Assembly: GCA_051294375.1 (NCBI GenBank)
Contig: CM119264.1
Coordinates: 19,847,590 to 19,911,589 of the forward strand
DNA from: Paraspadella gotoi
Lineage: Eukaryota > Animalia > Chaetognatha
Direction: 5' to 3'
Length of the DNA: 64,000 nucleotides
Numbering within the stretch: the stretch's first letter is position 1; the number at the start of each line of letters is the position of its first letter. The translations under genes were made by a program, and so were the position numbers. Below the pieces are notes generated by a model. It made no database searches, was not told the DNA's origin, and saw only the letters and a program-made list of their open reading frames with translations. This document shows positions 39,227-53,144 of the stretch, piece after piece.

Positions 39227-41549
39227 GTAATATGCACAGAACACAAAAGAATTAACATTATACCTTGTAAAATTCTGCTAATTTTTTTGAGAACTTAAAA
39301 CTTTCCCTCATAAGAAAAACTACTATTTACTTCGATATATAGTAATTAACAATATATATAATAAATTTAGTTTAATAAATCATTTAATTAATTCATGTTT
39401 AACTAATGTTAGCTACTCTTTTATGAAGTATACTTTTCCATGGACCCTTCCTAAGATGAGTAGCTGATAATAATAAAGTCTTTACATTAATGGTACTACT
39501 GTATAAATAATTAGTTGAGATTGATATAATTTTGACTATAAGTTCTGTTGGGCGTCATATGTAATTCGCCTCACATTCCATAATCCAAATGAATTTTAAT
39601 ACTGTATTATAGCATAATGCCCTGAGGCCATAATTCAATGAAATCATATTAAGAGAAATCTTACTACATACCTGTAATTTAGTATATTATGCTGTCTAAA
39701 AAACAATTTCAGAAAATTTAGCTCTTGTATTTTGATGCTAGAGCTTTAATTTTTTTAATATAGAAGAAGTAACAGATTTATATTGCTTCCTATGCAGTTT
39801 TGGCTTATTCTAGAAATTGGATTTTATATTTTCTTTTAAGGTATTCTAATAATTCCACATGGTACAAATTCTTTCTCTGATTAACTACAGAAGTTACTGA
39901 TTTGTTGACTTGATATGTAAATTTTTTTAATTTTAATTTCTGATCACAACCTTTTATGCTTAATACAGTATTTACCCTTACAAATGCTTAGATGAAGTGG
40001 TATCGGATGAGAATATGTTTTGATTATTATAAATATGTCTACTCTTTAGTTATAATTTGTTTAAGGGGACCCAGTGATAAAAATGATATCATAAGCTTAA
40101 GGGTCTATCATCAAAGGAATTTGAATGGTGATAGTCATTAATTTTTCTTTGCACGGGAAAGTAGCATAAAAATTTCTATCTCTTATTGTAGCGGAAACAA
40201 AAATTTAATAATTATGAAAAAAACATTTAGTTGACCCTACCTAAATATTTATATAATCCATTATTTTATTTTTGCATTAGAAAGTATTTTTTACTAAATT
40301 CCAAATTTTTATTTTTTACTGTACAAAGCTACAATTTTAAGTTTAAGCCTCATTGAACAAAGGCTTTACAAGACTAATATTTTTATATTTTTATATTTAC
40401 TTAAAAGCAGACAAATCAAACCTAAATTCTATTCTTACAGAAACAAAATTGTAATAATTATTAATTAATATTCATATTCATCCCTTAAATGTATTATTAA
40501 GCTATATTGATTCCTAATTATAATAACTAAAAATTTAGCAAAACTACAGAATCTTTTTCCTTTTTTTATATTTATATTACTTCAAAGAGTTTTATTTTCA
40601 TCCAATTAACAGAATCATTTGAAAAGAAAGTTTAAATAAAATCAGTCGATACCTTAAATTTTGATTCATTCCTAGTTTTTTTTCTTATAAATTTTTGTGA
40701 TAAAAGCTGAAAATCTTTTTAAAATTAGATCTTACCCTTTTTGGAAAAAAAACATTTTAAACTGGAAAAAGATTTTCTTTCTTACCAATTTTTTAAAGAA
40801 AATTAAGCTCGCTGATTTTATCGAATTTTTTAACTACTTTCCCATATGATTATAAAAGAAAAAATTATATGGTCAGAACCAGCTTAAGTTAAAGGGTCAA
40901 ACGTTATGTTTTCAGCTTTTTACCCCCCCTGTTCACTTGGTCCCCTTAAGCAATAAAAATTTGTAGTATTTATGTTTACATTAATACAGAGAATGATTTT
41001 TCGTCTTGGATTTTTAGTTTGAGAAATCTCTAAACAGAACTCTCTCAATACCAGAATATAAAAATCTATTTGGTTGCTCTTTGTAACTTCTGTAGAAGTG
41101 CGAATAAATAAATGTTAATAAATATAATTAATTTTCAATCATTTTGGCAAGGAGCAAACATTTATGAGGAACAAGATTCAAGTCAAAACCCTGTACATTA
41201 GGGCATTTAAAAATAACAAAATATAACAAATTGAATAAATAAATAAATAAATAAAACAATAAAACATAGCTGTTTTAGTGTAAACAAGTCTGTAGAATTC
41301 GAAGTTGATAACCATTTTTTTGTATAGTTTCATCTTCTTTGTCGAAAATGGCGATTTTTGCAGCATATAAGGTATTATTCAAATGGAACAAACATTGTAA
41401 AAGAACTCAAATTATTAAAATTTTATAAAAACTATATTTAGCTTACAAAATATGAAAAAAAAGACCCATATAAATATTCAAGTAAGTTTATTTACAAATT
41501 TTATATTTTATTAAATGTTTGTTAGTTATATTTATTAATAAATAATAAT

Positions 41550-41715
41550 TAGAGAATTGACAAAGTTTTTGTTTGCAACGAATTTTATTTAAATTGAACA
41601 GACATGTTTCGACTTGCTTTACAAACCTTCATCAGCGTTATTTTTTTGTTGCAAACAAAAACTTTGTCAATTCTCTAATCATTACTAACAACGAAAAAGA
41701 AAGGATTACTTCAAT
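41550..41715. mobile_element. Short PLE-like family 1 hairpin insertion with a minus-strand hammerhead (41597-41639); tail-truncated duplicate at 37191-37327
   Basis: IR tagagaattgacaaagtttttgtttgcaac, aacg CUGAUGA a gguuug..caaguc GAAA CAUGUC uguu, tail aacgaaaaagaaagga; empty site near 54975. Confidence 0.72.
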
Positions 41716-42623
41716 AAAAAATAATAAAAAAATCGCTAAAGTGAAAAAATTAAAATTTTAAAACCGGATTTGAATTCCTTACAAAAAGTTTATATAAAGA
41801 AAGTATAATCCATTTTNNNNNNNNNNNNNNNNNNNNNNNNNAACAAATTCTTTCATTAAATTGGTTAAAAATGTTAAAAACGATTTTTTTAATATAATTT
41901 TTAAAGTTTTGGCTTAAAATTATAGTTTTTCCTAATTTTGACCAACTTAATGACATAACTTTGGAATAAAAATTATTATTTGTTTTCAGAGTCATGATTT
42001 TGGCAGAAGATTTAGTAGTTAATAGTTTGATTTGGTCTTTTCATGCCAATAATATAAAAGAAAAACAATTTTTTTCTGTAAGTAATATAATATTTATTTT
42101 TAAATAAGCACTGATCTTCAGAGACTTCTGTCTCCCTCAAAGGTGCAGAGAAAAAATGTTTTAAATTATATTTACGCATAATTTACTAATGATAATAATT
42201 ATATTTTGTATTGGCAAATATGTATTTATAAGCTCTAAATTTGAGTTAAAGTAATTATTTAAATGTACAAAATTATCATCTTGTTAAAATCTAGTCATTG
42301 GTTAAAATTATGATGCTTACTACTACAAACACAGTTTATAATGCAGAATGGCGGATCACAGGCAATCATGGAAAAGGCTTGTGATTAGTCAAAGAGATTT
42401 ACACATGAAAAATAATTGGGTGGCGATTACATTGGGTATTGGAGTGGTCGATTTAATGATCCGATTCCATTCCATCAAGGTTCCTTTGCTCCTGAGATGA
42501 TCAAAATTAATTAAAATTTATTTCTGATGTGAAGAATAAAATAATTAAATGTTTCAATGTACCAATTGTATTCGGGTATTGCCTAGGTTCACCCCGCCTT
42601 TAAGCATGATACTTTCAGTTGTG

Positions 42624-42720
42624 ACCTGGTGGCTCATTGAGTAATGCCATCAGCTTATGACCACTAGGTACCGGGTCCAATCCCAACCCGGTACCTACCC
42701 TGTGGGAAGCGTGAGGACGG
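42624..42720 (+). mobile_element. tRNA-derived SINE head
   Basis: TGGCTCATTG and GGTCCAATCCC boxes. Confidence 0.45.
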
Positions 42721-43692
42721 TTTAAAAAATAAATTTACCGAAGTATTTTTAATGGTTTTTATTTTTACGTTTTATATGCTAAATTTTAATTTTTTACAAT
42801 TTTATCATTTTCACATCACTATTGTTCAGCCTTACTGATTAATGTTTGCTTGGAAGTTAATGTTTGTTAAAAAAATTATTTAGTTACATGCTTTTTATCA
42901 ATTACAGGGACGTTCAGCTCTTTTGGGAATAACTTTAAAAATTGTTTGGATGGGTAAATAAAAAAAATGAATGAAGATTGGTACATTTGTGAAAAATTGT
43001 AATGACAATACAATCAATTAAAAAGATTGACCTTCGGTAACAATGACCTTGTCCAAAGGTTCTGAGAATGCTGTATATGCTTTTCCGACCACGCTTTTTA
43101 GAAATGTTATCATTTCTGACCCGATTGTTGCTTTCATAAAGTCGACAGTTCTAGAGGGGATGCGTGGGACATTCTGCTGCTTTATCCTACATTTTTATTA
43201 ATCAGGCAGATTTCAGTCAGAAAAACTGCGCGATTAAATCACGAATCACCATCCTTAATCTTGATTTTTAGCAAAAAATTTTCTGAATTTTTACATAATA
43301 TCTAATATATTATTACTATAACATAATTTTGACCCAAAATTGTTATTTATGAACTATGATTACCTTCAAACTGATTTTACAGTACCAAAATTTTACTAAA
43401 TTTCAACTCATATCATATCATATTAAATCAAATCATATTAAAGTTTGTATTATTTTTTCATAATTATTTAGTTGTAATTCTGACGTAGTAGGCGAGATGT
43501 CCTTGAGAATAACCTAATTTCATCAGTTTTAGAAAAAAACATTCATCATTAGAATTGCTTCTATAATAAGCATAGAAATATAAAAAAAAATGTAAAACTC
43601 AAGTAATCTTGAGGGAAAATAATATTTCCCCCCTATTTTCACCAAACATCTACATAAACATTTTGAAAAAAAAATTTAAAAATCTTTTTCAG

Positions 43693-43937
43693 CTTTGCCA
43701 AGTGAGGTTAATAATAGTAAATCAACTTCCGAAGCTGAATCCACATTACCAAAATATGATCTTCCAGTCAAAGGAGAAAAGACAAAGTTGGAAAAATTCG
43801 AAAAAAAAACTAAAGAAGCCGCAAAGAAATCCCAACAACGATTACTCCAGTATCTGAAAAAGAAAATGTTAAAAAAACTAATGAAAAGACTGAATTCCCT
43901 TCCATGAGTGTAAAAACTGATACACTCAAGGAATCAG
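43693..43937 (+). CDS. PEVK-like exon D1 (1-nt deletion; error or pseudo-exon)
   Basis: tttttcAG|...CAG|GTAAAG, 245 nt versus 246 nt in D2/D3. Confidence 0.55.
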
Positions 43938-44829
43938 GTAAAGGTAAAATGGTATAATGATACATGTTTCTTAAGTAATATAAAATTAACACATGAGATT
44001 ATAGTTAAATTATTGTAAATCGCTTTATGGATTTACTTACCCCCTAAAATTTTTTGCCCCAATTTTCCAAATTTTTTTTCAATTGTTTTTTTCCGTCTTC
44101 TTTGAAACTTTTTCTACCTACTACGAGGATTTGTTTCTTAGTTTTTCTACTATGAGCATTTTCCCTTTACTTTCTATAGAAATTTACTCTTCTGTCTGCA
44201 CCCACTAGATCTTCACTTGCATCAATTTACACAAAATAGCAAATTTTTGCTTGTTATGGTCTTAATAAACCAGATGGCTCCACAAACGAAAGAGCGTTTT
44301 TAAAACAAAATAGCAATGAAATTTAGTTTTAGTATATCTTTTCTGAAACAAAAGAACAGACTTATTAAATCTTTGTATTTTCACCCTATTTTACTAGAGG
44401 GCTTTACAAAACAGGAGGCCTTTTGTAAGACAAGGGAACATTCAAAAAATTTTATCTGCACCCACTAGATCTTCACTTGCACCTGCTCAACAAAATAGCA
44501 AGTGTTTTTTTTCGATTTTTTATCGTAAATATTTTTAAAAATAATTTTTTTGTATTTTTCAAAATAAGAAAATATGCATAATTAACTGTTTTACTTTTTT
44601 CTTGTTGCCGCATGCAACATAATCTTAAAAGTATAATGATCTCGCCAGACCTTACTATAAAAAAAATTAATAAAAAAGTATTATAATCTAATTTGCATAT
44701 TGCAGTAAATCATGATTAAATGGAAATTCAAACAAAAAATATTTGAATCGATATGAAACAAAGAAAATGGACACACATTTCAACTTCCTCACTACCTCAC
44801 TTATGGAACTTGATAACTAGATAGTTGAA

Positions 44830-45270
44830 AGTTAAAAAAATGCTGCAAGTTGAAAAAATTATGCAAGTTGAAAAAATTATGCAAGTTGAAAAAATTATAC
44901 AAGTTGAAAAAAATTATGCATGTTAAAAAAATTATGCATGTTGAAAATATAATGCAAGTTGAAAAAATGATGCAAGTTGAAAAAAATATGCAAGTTGAAA
45001 AAATTATGCAAGTTGAAAAAAGTATGCAAGTTGAAAAAAGTATGCAAGTTGAAAAAAGTATGCAAGTTAAAAAAATGATGCCAGATGAAAAAATAATACA
45101 AGTTGAAAAAATGATACAAGTTAAAAAATTAATAAATGCTAAAAAATGATAAAAGCTAAAATAATAATGAAAGCTAAAAAATTGATACAAGCTTTAACTT
45201 TTTCATTTTTTCAACTTGTATACAAGTTGAAAAAATGAAAAAGTTAAAAAATGATGCAAATTTTAAAAAA
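44830..45270. repeat. 18-nt minisatellite (caagttgaaaaaattatg)n
   Basis: Same unit as 30061-30320; source of spurious ORFs. Confidence 0.85.
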
Positions 45271-45345
45271 ATTATTATTTCTGCAGTAACAGTTCAGTTT
45301 AAGCCTTTGAAAGCAATTTACATGTCTTGGCGCAGCCACTGGTTT

Positions 45346-45735
45346 TTATTCATGGCCAATATTCTGATCCATTAGTCAGATCATCTTGAGGGCCAAATGA
45401 GTAGATTAATAGTCAGAACAAAAAAAGAAGAGAGAGAGAGAAAGTGACCAAAATCATGGATTAATCTCTCCACCCTCTTCCCTCCTCGTTTTTAAAATGA
45501 TCAAGAACAGGTTTCCAAATGTCTGTCTTCACATATGAACCAAGATCGTAATTTAGTCCATGTCCTAGGCTGCAGTCTAGGCGCCTTCTCCACAAAGCCT
45601 CTTCAACCTTGGCCCTAAAGATGATCGGTCCAATAGATCTCAATATTGGTCATGAATGAAAATATTATAACTGTACATGTATAATCTTCATGTAATTCAT
45701 TATCTCGGTACATGTATTGACTCAAAGAATTTCAG
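45346..45735. mobile_element. PLE family 2 remnant (GIY-YIG C-terminus on -, inverted ends, decayed hammerheads)
   Basis: RAKVEEALW.RRL...GLNYDLG.YV...WKPVL; terminal IR. Confidence 0.65.
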
Positions 45736-46160
45736 AATGTTGTTTTTCATATTTATTTTCCTTTCTTTTTTCTCTAAATTTTTTCTGAAAAATTATTTAT
45801 TTTTTGAGAGTACCTTATTATCCTTTTTTTTCAAAAAACATATGCCAATACTCATAAAATTTGAATAATCCTTTTGACTACTTTAAAATATTTTGTTTAG
45901 TTTTTAAAAATATAATAAAATCTTACTTTATAATTCAATGCATTTTATTTTAATTTTTTATGTTGAAAAAATTCACTGCAATCAAAAATACTACCCTTAA
46001 ACTTTTTTAAAAAATTAAGATCTAAAATTAATGCAATAAACCAAACTGGTTGATAAGGCAGGTCAAAATTTATCACTTTGTATCATTAAGAATTCTGTAA
46101 TACAAATTTAATTTATACATTATATACTTAATCAATTTTTACAGTATAACATTTAAACGT

Positions 46161-46805
46161 TTGAAGAGACAGTAATTATTGATAAGTGTTAATGAAAGAA
46201 CCGTTCAATATAAGCAGTCCCTGAGCTTCGGATCAGGCTGTAACACCATGTTACAGGCGGGTTAAGCGCCCCGTCCCTCTTAACTGCCAGACGACCACCG
46301 GGCTAGAACCCCGGACCTTTGGGTTGGGAGGCGAATGACTTGCCTCCGGCACCAATGGCCGTAATGAACGGTTGGTGGATTTTAGTCCACCATACATCCC
46401 CCCCTCCCGTAGGAGAAGTCTGTTGCGTCTCTTCAGTGAATTGTTGTTGGTGGAAAGTTCGTCACAAAGTTGAGGCATGTCGCCTGATGTGTTGTGGGTG
46501 GAAGTGCATCGCCAGGTTGAGGCATGTCGCCTGAAAGTGTTGTTGTTGCTGTTGTGTTCGGAAGTCGGGCTCACCAATGAAGAGACAGTAATTATTGATA
46601 AGTGTTAATGACAGAACGTTCAATATAAGCAGTCCTGAGCTTCGGATCAGGCTGTAACACCATGTTACAGGCGAGTTAAGCGCCCCGTCCCTCTTAACTG
46701 CAGACGACCACCGGGCTAGAACCCGGACCTTTGGGTTGGAGGCGAATGACTTGCCTCCGGCACCAATGGCCGCTGATGAACGGTTGGTGGATTTTAGTCG
46801 CACCA
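46161..46805 (-). mobile_element. Two direct copies (~230 nt) of a tRNA-like SINE around a 180-nt GC-rich spacer
   Basis: 46161-46395 and 46578-46805; B-box-like GGTTCTAGCCC; 3' fragment at 20617-20690. Confidence 0.55.
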
Positions 46806-47730
46806 ATACTTAAATTTTCTCTTTACTCTTAACGTTATTTATATTACAGAACTATAAGTTTTTACCTTGTTCAGCCTTACTGGTTAATGTCCGCTTGGAA
46901 TTTAACCTTTGTTAAAAAAATTATTTAGTTACATGCTTTTTGTCAATTAAAAGGACGTCCAGCTCTTTTGGGAATAACTTTAAAAAATTGTTTGGACGGG
47001 TAAATAAAAAAATTATTGAATGAATATTAGTACACTTGTAAAAAATTGTGATGACAACATAATCAATTAAAAAGATTGACCTTTGGTAACAATGACCTTG
47101 TCCAAAGGTTCTGAGAATGCTGCATATGCTTTTCCGACCGCGTCCATTAGGAATGCTGTCATTTCTAACACTATTGTTGCTTTCCTAAAGTCGACAGTTC
47201 TAGAGGGGATGCGTGGGACATTCTGCTTCTCTATCCTACATTTTTATTAATCAGGCGGATTTCAGTCAGAAAAACTGCGCGGCCAAAGTCAAGAGTCACA
47301 GTCTTCATCTTGATATTTGGCAAAACTTTCCTTAATTTTTACATAATATCTAATATATTATTACTATAACATAATTTTGACCAAAATTTGCTATAAATGA
47401 ACTAAGAAAACCTTCAAACTGATTTTACAGTATCATTATTTAACTAAATTTCAACTCATATCTAATCATATTAAGAGTAGGTATTATTTTGTTGTAATCA
47501 TTTAGTTGTAATTCTGACTTAGTAGGCGATATGAGGGTATGAGGATAACCTAATTTTATCAGTTTTAGAAAAAAACATTCATCGTTTGAAATTACTTCTA
47601 TAATAAGCATATAAATATAAAAAAAATCTAAAACTCAAGTAATCTTGAGGGAAAGTAATCTTCCCCCCCTATTTTCACCAAACATCTGCATAAACATTTT
47701 GAAAAAAAAAAATTAACAAATCTTTTTCAG

Positions 47731-47976
47731 CTTTGCCAAGTGAGGTTAATGTTAGTAAATCAATTTCCGAAGTTGTATCCACATTACCAAAACATGATCT
47801 TCCAGTCAAAGGAGAAAAGACAAAGTTGGAAAAATTAGAAAAAAAACCTAAAGAAGCACAAAAGAAAATCCCAACAACGATTACTCCAGTATCTGAAAAA
47901 GAAAATTTAAAAAAACCAAATGAAAAGACTGAATTCCCTTCCATGAGTGTAAAAACTGGTACACTCAAGGAATCAG
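47731..47976 (+). CDS. PEVK-like exon D2
   Basis: 246 nt, open, AG/GTAAGG, phase 1-1; homologous to the B exons (LP.Y.LP.K.EKTKL). Confidence 0.8.
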
Positions 47977-48528
47977 GTAAGGGTAAAATGGTATAATGAT
48001 ACATTTTTCTAAGGTAAGTTTTTTTTTAAATTTTGATATTAGCTTTTAGATATTGGCTTTTAGGGGGAAATATATGTCGCTCAAATTGCTTCCCCTTGAA
48101 AAGATAAAAGGGGCTGCCCCCTCGGGCAGTCTACCCCTGGGGTAATAATTTTTTAATCAGTCAGGGTACCCCTAATGTACCATACCTAAGGACGACCCCA
48201 AGGGGCTACCTCTAGGTGAATAAATTTTTTTACCCTTTCAGGGGTGCTATAAAAGCTAATATTCTTTGGAAACAATAAAACTTACCCCTAGTGATAACCC
48301 CAGAGGGTAAAAAAAAATCCTCCCCCTGGGATGAGAAAGAACAGGTAGGGAAATTTTAAACGAAAGAAGCCAAGCTTTTTAAATATGTTCTTTACCAAAT
48401 TTTTTATCCCTGTCACTCTATTTTCTTTTCCTTTTTTTTTTTTACTCTCTCTATTTTTTATTGGATATATATTTAGAAATCTAAATCTCTAAACTCAACG
48501 AAAAGAAAGGAATAATAAAATTAACACA

Positions 48529-48932
48529 TGGGAGTACAATTACAATATTTTTATTCATGACCAATATTTTGATCTATTGGACATCAACATCAAGGCCAAA
48601 TGAGTAGGTTAATAGTCAGAACAAAAAATGAGGAGAGATATAGAGAGTGAGTGACCAAAATCAGGGATTAATCCCTCCATCCCTCCCTTCCCTCCTCGTT
48701 TTTAAAGTCATCAAGAACAGGTTTCCAAATGTCTGTCTTCACATAGGTTCCAAGATCATTTAGTCCATGTCCTGAGCTACAGTCTAGGCGCCTTATCCAC
48801 AAAGCCTCTTCAACTTTGGCCCTGAAGATGATCTGTCCAATGGATCGAAATATTAGTCATGAATGAAAATATTACACCTGTAATCTTTATCTAATTCATT
48901 ATCTCGGTACATGTAATGACTCAAAGAATTTC
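48529..48932. mobile_element. PLE family 2 remnant with a hammerhead motif at 48817-48859 (+)
   Basis: EEALWIRRL...GLNDLGTYV...WKPVL on -; uggcc CUGAAGA u gaucu..ggauc GAAA UAUU aguca. Confidence 0.7.
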
Positions 48933-51015
48933 AATTTTTTTTTTTCATATTTATTTTCCTTTCTTTTTTCTGTTAATTTTTTTGGAAAAATTATTTATTT
49001 TGTGAGAGTATCTTCTTATCCTTTTTTTAAAAAGAACATATGCCAATACTCAGAAAAATTGACCAATCCTTTTGACTACTTTAAAATATTTTGTTTATTT
49101 TTTTAAAATAAAATAAAATCTCACTTCATGATTCAATGCATTTTAGTAAAATTTTTTATATTGAAAAAGTTCACTGCAATCAAAAACACTACCCTAAAAC
49201 TGAAAATGTTTTAAAAATAAAGATCTAAAATTAATGCAATAAACCAAACTGGTTAATAAGGCGTGTCAAAGTTTATCACTTTGTATCATTAGGAATTATG
49301 CAATACAAAATTAATTTATACATTATATACTAAATTAATTTTTATAAATTCATAAGCAATAAAAAAATTTGGGGGGAATTTATTTTTTAAGAACGGATTC
49401 AGATAGCCAATAAAATGTCGATGATAAGTGGGTTAAATACGAAAAAACCCCTTAGAACACATCATCATCATACTATAATTTTTATAGTTTTTGTTAATTT
49501 TAACCAATAAAATATAAAAAATTATAAATAGTATAATACTATTTTTTATTTATTTTTTTAAGCTCTACCACAATCCATTTTTAAAAATTCATAATTTGAA
49601 AATAATTTTTTTATGATTTTTAAATACGATAAACTTTGATAATGCTTCAATGTTATTAAATGTACATAGAATCCTAAATTGTTTTTTAAAAATTATTTAT
49701 ATTTCAGTAGGGGTAGCCCCACACAATGGGGTGAGTCAAAAATTTAGAATGAGTACATGCTCAAACGAAAATTTATACATTTTTAAGTATACTTTCAATG
49801 GACAAACAATTTATAATATGGCTCTATACCCAAATAATTAATTTTTTAACATTTATTTATAGATAGAAAAGGCCAAATTTTTTTTTATAATATTAAAATT
49901 TTAAGACCAGATTAAAATAACTCATAAAGAGTTGTCTACACAAAGTATAATTCTTTTTTAAATATTTTTATGATAAGTGAGCCAAAAATAAGAAAAACCG
50001 TAGAAAATGTCATCTTTCGATGATTTTATCAGTTTTTTTATATTTTCACTTAAAAAATGTAAGAATTTTTAAAAGCAGTAATTATATTTCTTGTTTAACT
50101 TTTTATACTCTATCACAATCCATCAAAAATTTTAAGATTTAAAAAAATAATTTTATAATGTAAAAAAAGATAAGTAACATTTAATGTATTAATCAAGATG
50201 TATAATATAAATTTATTTTGAAAACTTTTCTAATAGTCGAAATTTTATATTATTTCCTGAGTTGGTCCCTACTTTCAGGAATACTCTAACGTTATTTATA
50301 TTACAGAACTTTACCTTGTTCAGCTTTACTGGTTGATGTCTGCTTGGAAGTTAATAAAAAAGGAAATAAAAAAATAATTAAATGAAGATTGGTACACTTG
50401 TTAAAAATTGTAATGAGTAAAAGTTTCTGAGAATGCTGCATATGCTTTTCGGACCGCGCATTTTGGGAATGCTGTCATTTCTGTCACTATTGTTGCTTTC
50501 ATAAAATCAACAGTTCTATAGGGGATGCATGGAACATTTTTCTTCTCTATCCTACATTTTTATTAATCAGGGGGATTTCAGTCAGAAAAACTGCGTCTTC
50601 ATCTTGATTTTTGGCAAAATTTTCCTGAATTTTTACATATTATCTAATATATTATTACTATAACATAATTTTAACCCAAAATTGCTATATATGAACTATG
50701 ATTACCTTTAAACTGATTTTACAGTACCAATATTTAACTTAATTTCAACTCATATCTAATCATATTAAGAGTAGGTATTATTTAGTTGTAATTATTTAGT
50801 TGTAATTCTGACTTAGTAGGTGAGATGTCCTTTAGGATAACCTAATTTTATCAGTTTTAGTAAAAAACATTCAATGTTTGAATTACTTCTATAATAAGCA
50901 TAAAAATATAAAAAAATTTTCAAAAAAATATAAAACTCAAGTAATCTTTCCCCCTACTTTCACCAAACATCTGCATAAACATTTTGAAAAAAAAAAATTA
51001 CCAAATCTTTTTCAG

Positions 51016-51261
51016 CTTTGCCAAATGAGGTTAATGATAGTAAATCAACTTTCGAAGTTGTACCCACATTACCAAAATATGATCTTCCAGTCAAAGGAGA
51101 AAAGACAAAGTTGGAAAAATTAGAAAACAAACCTAAAGAAGCACAAAAGCAAATCCCAACAACGATTACTCCGGTATCTGAAAGGGAAAATGTTAAACAA
51201 CCAAATGAAAAGACTGAAATCCCTTCCATGAGTGTAAAAACTGGTACACTCAAGGAATCAG
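51016..51261 (+). CDS. PEVK-like exon D3
   Basis: 246 nt, open, AG/GTAAAG, phase 1-1. Confidence 0.8.
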
Positions 51262-51324
51262 GTAAAGGTAAAAAGGTATAATGATAAATGTTTCATAGGT
51301 ATTTTTTTTAAATTTTAATATTAG

Positions 51325-51544
51325 GTTTTGATAAATTACCTGATATAAAATTAACAAAAACATTAAAAGAGCCAGAAGGTATTATGTCAAATGAAGTTCA
51401 TCTGAAACCTTTAGAAAAAAAAAGAGTCCGCTAAAAACGAATCAAAAAACCTAATGAAAATGAAGAAATAAAAAGAATTTCGGAAAAAGATAAAAAAAAA
51501 TAAAAAACTCCAAAAAGCAGAACTGGAAAAATTATCTCCAAAAG
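51325..51544 (+). pseudogene. Exon E1, frameshifted homolog of 62070-62288
   Basis: KLTKTLKEPEGIMSNEVHLKPLE followed by a frameshift/stop in A-runs; AG and GTTAAA retained. Confidence 0.6.
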
Positions 51545-51686
51545 GTTAAATTGCAGTATTAATTGCAATTTTAAACGAAAGAAGCCAAGCTTTTTAAATC
51601 TGTTCTTTACCAAATATTGTTTTCCCCTCACTCTATTTTCTTTTCCTTTTTTTTTACTTTCTCTTTTTTTATTGGATATATATTTA

Positions 51687-51799
51687 AAAAAAAAAGTTTG
51701 AAATTTTTTTTCTTCAACGAATTAAATTCGTTTAAGAAACAAAATTTATAACTTTTTTTCTAAATCTCTAAACTCAACGAAAAGAAAGGAATAATACAA
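51687..51799 (+). mobile_element. Tiny family 1 hairpin plus tail, no ribozyme; deleted paralog at 48470-48515
   Basis: IR centred on aacgaattaaattcgtt, tail aacgaaaagaaagga, flanking repeat tggatatatatttaaaa. Confidence 0.6.
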
Positions 51800-51909
51800 T
51801 GGATATATATTTAAAATAAAATATTTTATAAGAATTTTGCAAGTTCAACCTTATATAAAAAAATCTCAATAATTTTTTTTTATTTGATTTTAACTTTTAT
51901 AAATTGACA

Positions 51910-52330
51910 CCATCAAAACTTTATATCCTACTCAATAACACACTTTTCTAACCACACAAAATTTGATCTCATTCTATCCAGCCAATTATGATTAATTCAA
52001 GTAATTATGGGTTAAAATAGTAAAAATATTTTAGTAAATGCAACTCAAGTTTTTTTTCAAACTCGCACGATTCCATCGAACCTTTATATCCAGGTCAATA
52101 GCACACTTTCTTACCCACACACAAAATTTCATTCCAATCCATCCAGCCAATCACCAGTAATTGGAGTAATTGTGAAGGTGGGACGGACGGACATCATTTA
52201 TTTGCATAATTTATTATAATTCGATGTTCTGATATGATAAAAATGATTTACCGACAAGATTTAGGGGGTGGACCGATGGACCGACAAAGTAAATTATAGA
52301 GTCGGAATCCGCTAATAAGCAGATCCGACT
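51910..52330 (-). mobile_element. HINE-like element, 5' part
   Basis: Head agcagatccgac at 52318-52329. Confidence 0.6.
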
Positions 52331-52988
52331 TAAAACATCCGTCAAGAATTGATTCAGGAAGTTTAGCTTTTTGGTTATAGTGGAAATATACCCCAGGGGT
52401 TAATATTTTCTTATACCTAGGGGTGACCCCCTGGGAGGGTAAATCTTTGCCCCAAGGGAATCTGCCAAGGGGCTATTCATAAACGCTAAAGAAATATCCC
52501 CCTTGAGGGCATAACTAGGTGTACACTGTACAGTTTCTATACACCCAGAGAGGATCCCTACGTTTCTTTACACTACTCTGGTTGTAAGAATTTCATAGAG
52601 CATAAAAAATGCATGTCAGATCAGTAGAAATTCCCCATAACTTAACAAAATACATAAGGGAAAAATAATGTACAAAGTCCATAAAGGAAAAGTAATGGAT
52701 GGAATAATGGCTATAAAAAAAATAAGAAAAATTGTAAATTATTGTAAAAAAATAATCTTAGAAGATGACAATGAAGGAGACAAAAAAATGTACAAAGAAG
52801 TTAATACATTAGGCTCAAATTATTAAAAGGAAACCTAATGGGTCTCTATCCTATGGTATGAAAAGTAAAGCATAACAAATTTTTTTTTATAAAATGCTAA
52901 ACTTTTTAAAAAAATAATACAAAGTTTATTTATTAATATTTATCATAAATCTACCAAATATCTTCCTTATCTCAATTCATCATTGAAG

Positions 52989-53144
52989 GAAAAGATGGAA
53001 ATGGACAAAAATTCAAGTTGCCAAAAAATATGCAAAACAAGGAAGCAATTGATTATTCCATTAAGAATAAACCAAACCTACGAAAGACAGAATTAAATCA
53101 AGTAGAAGAAACTCCATTAGAAAAACTTAAAAGATTAGAAAACG
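52989..53144 (+). CDS. Repeat-region exon A2
   Basis: 156 nt, open, AAG/GTAAGT, paralog of A1. Confidence 0.75.

Larger units (their letters stand above)
32989..41687. repeat. Near-identical 4.35-kb tandem duplication (32989-37327/37346-41687)
   Basis: Differences seen are 1-nt indels, mostly in homopolymers; ends about 130 nt before the N gap at 41817-41840. Confidence 0.85.

Noticed and set aside
42340-42510. Structured ncRNA in a GC-richer block shared with 61335-61530
   Set aside because: The similarity is explained by the segmental duplication; no recognisable motif
44801-45190. MQVEK-repeat ORFs
   Set aside because: 18-nt minisatellite also found in HINE-like elements; no splice signals
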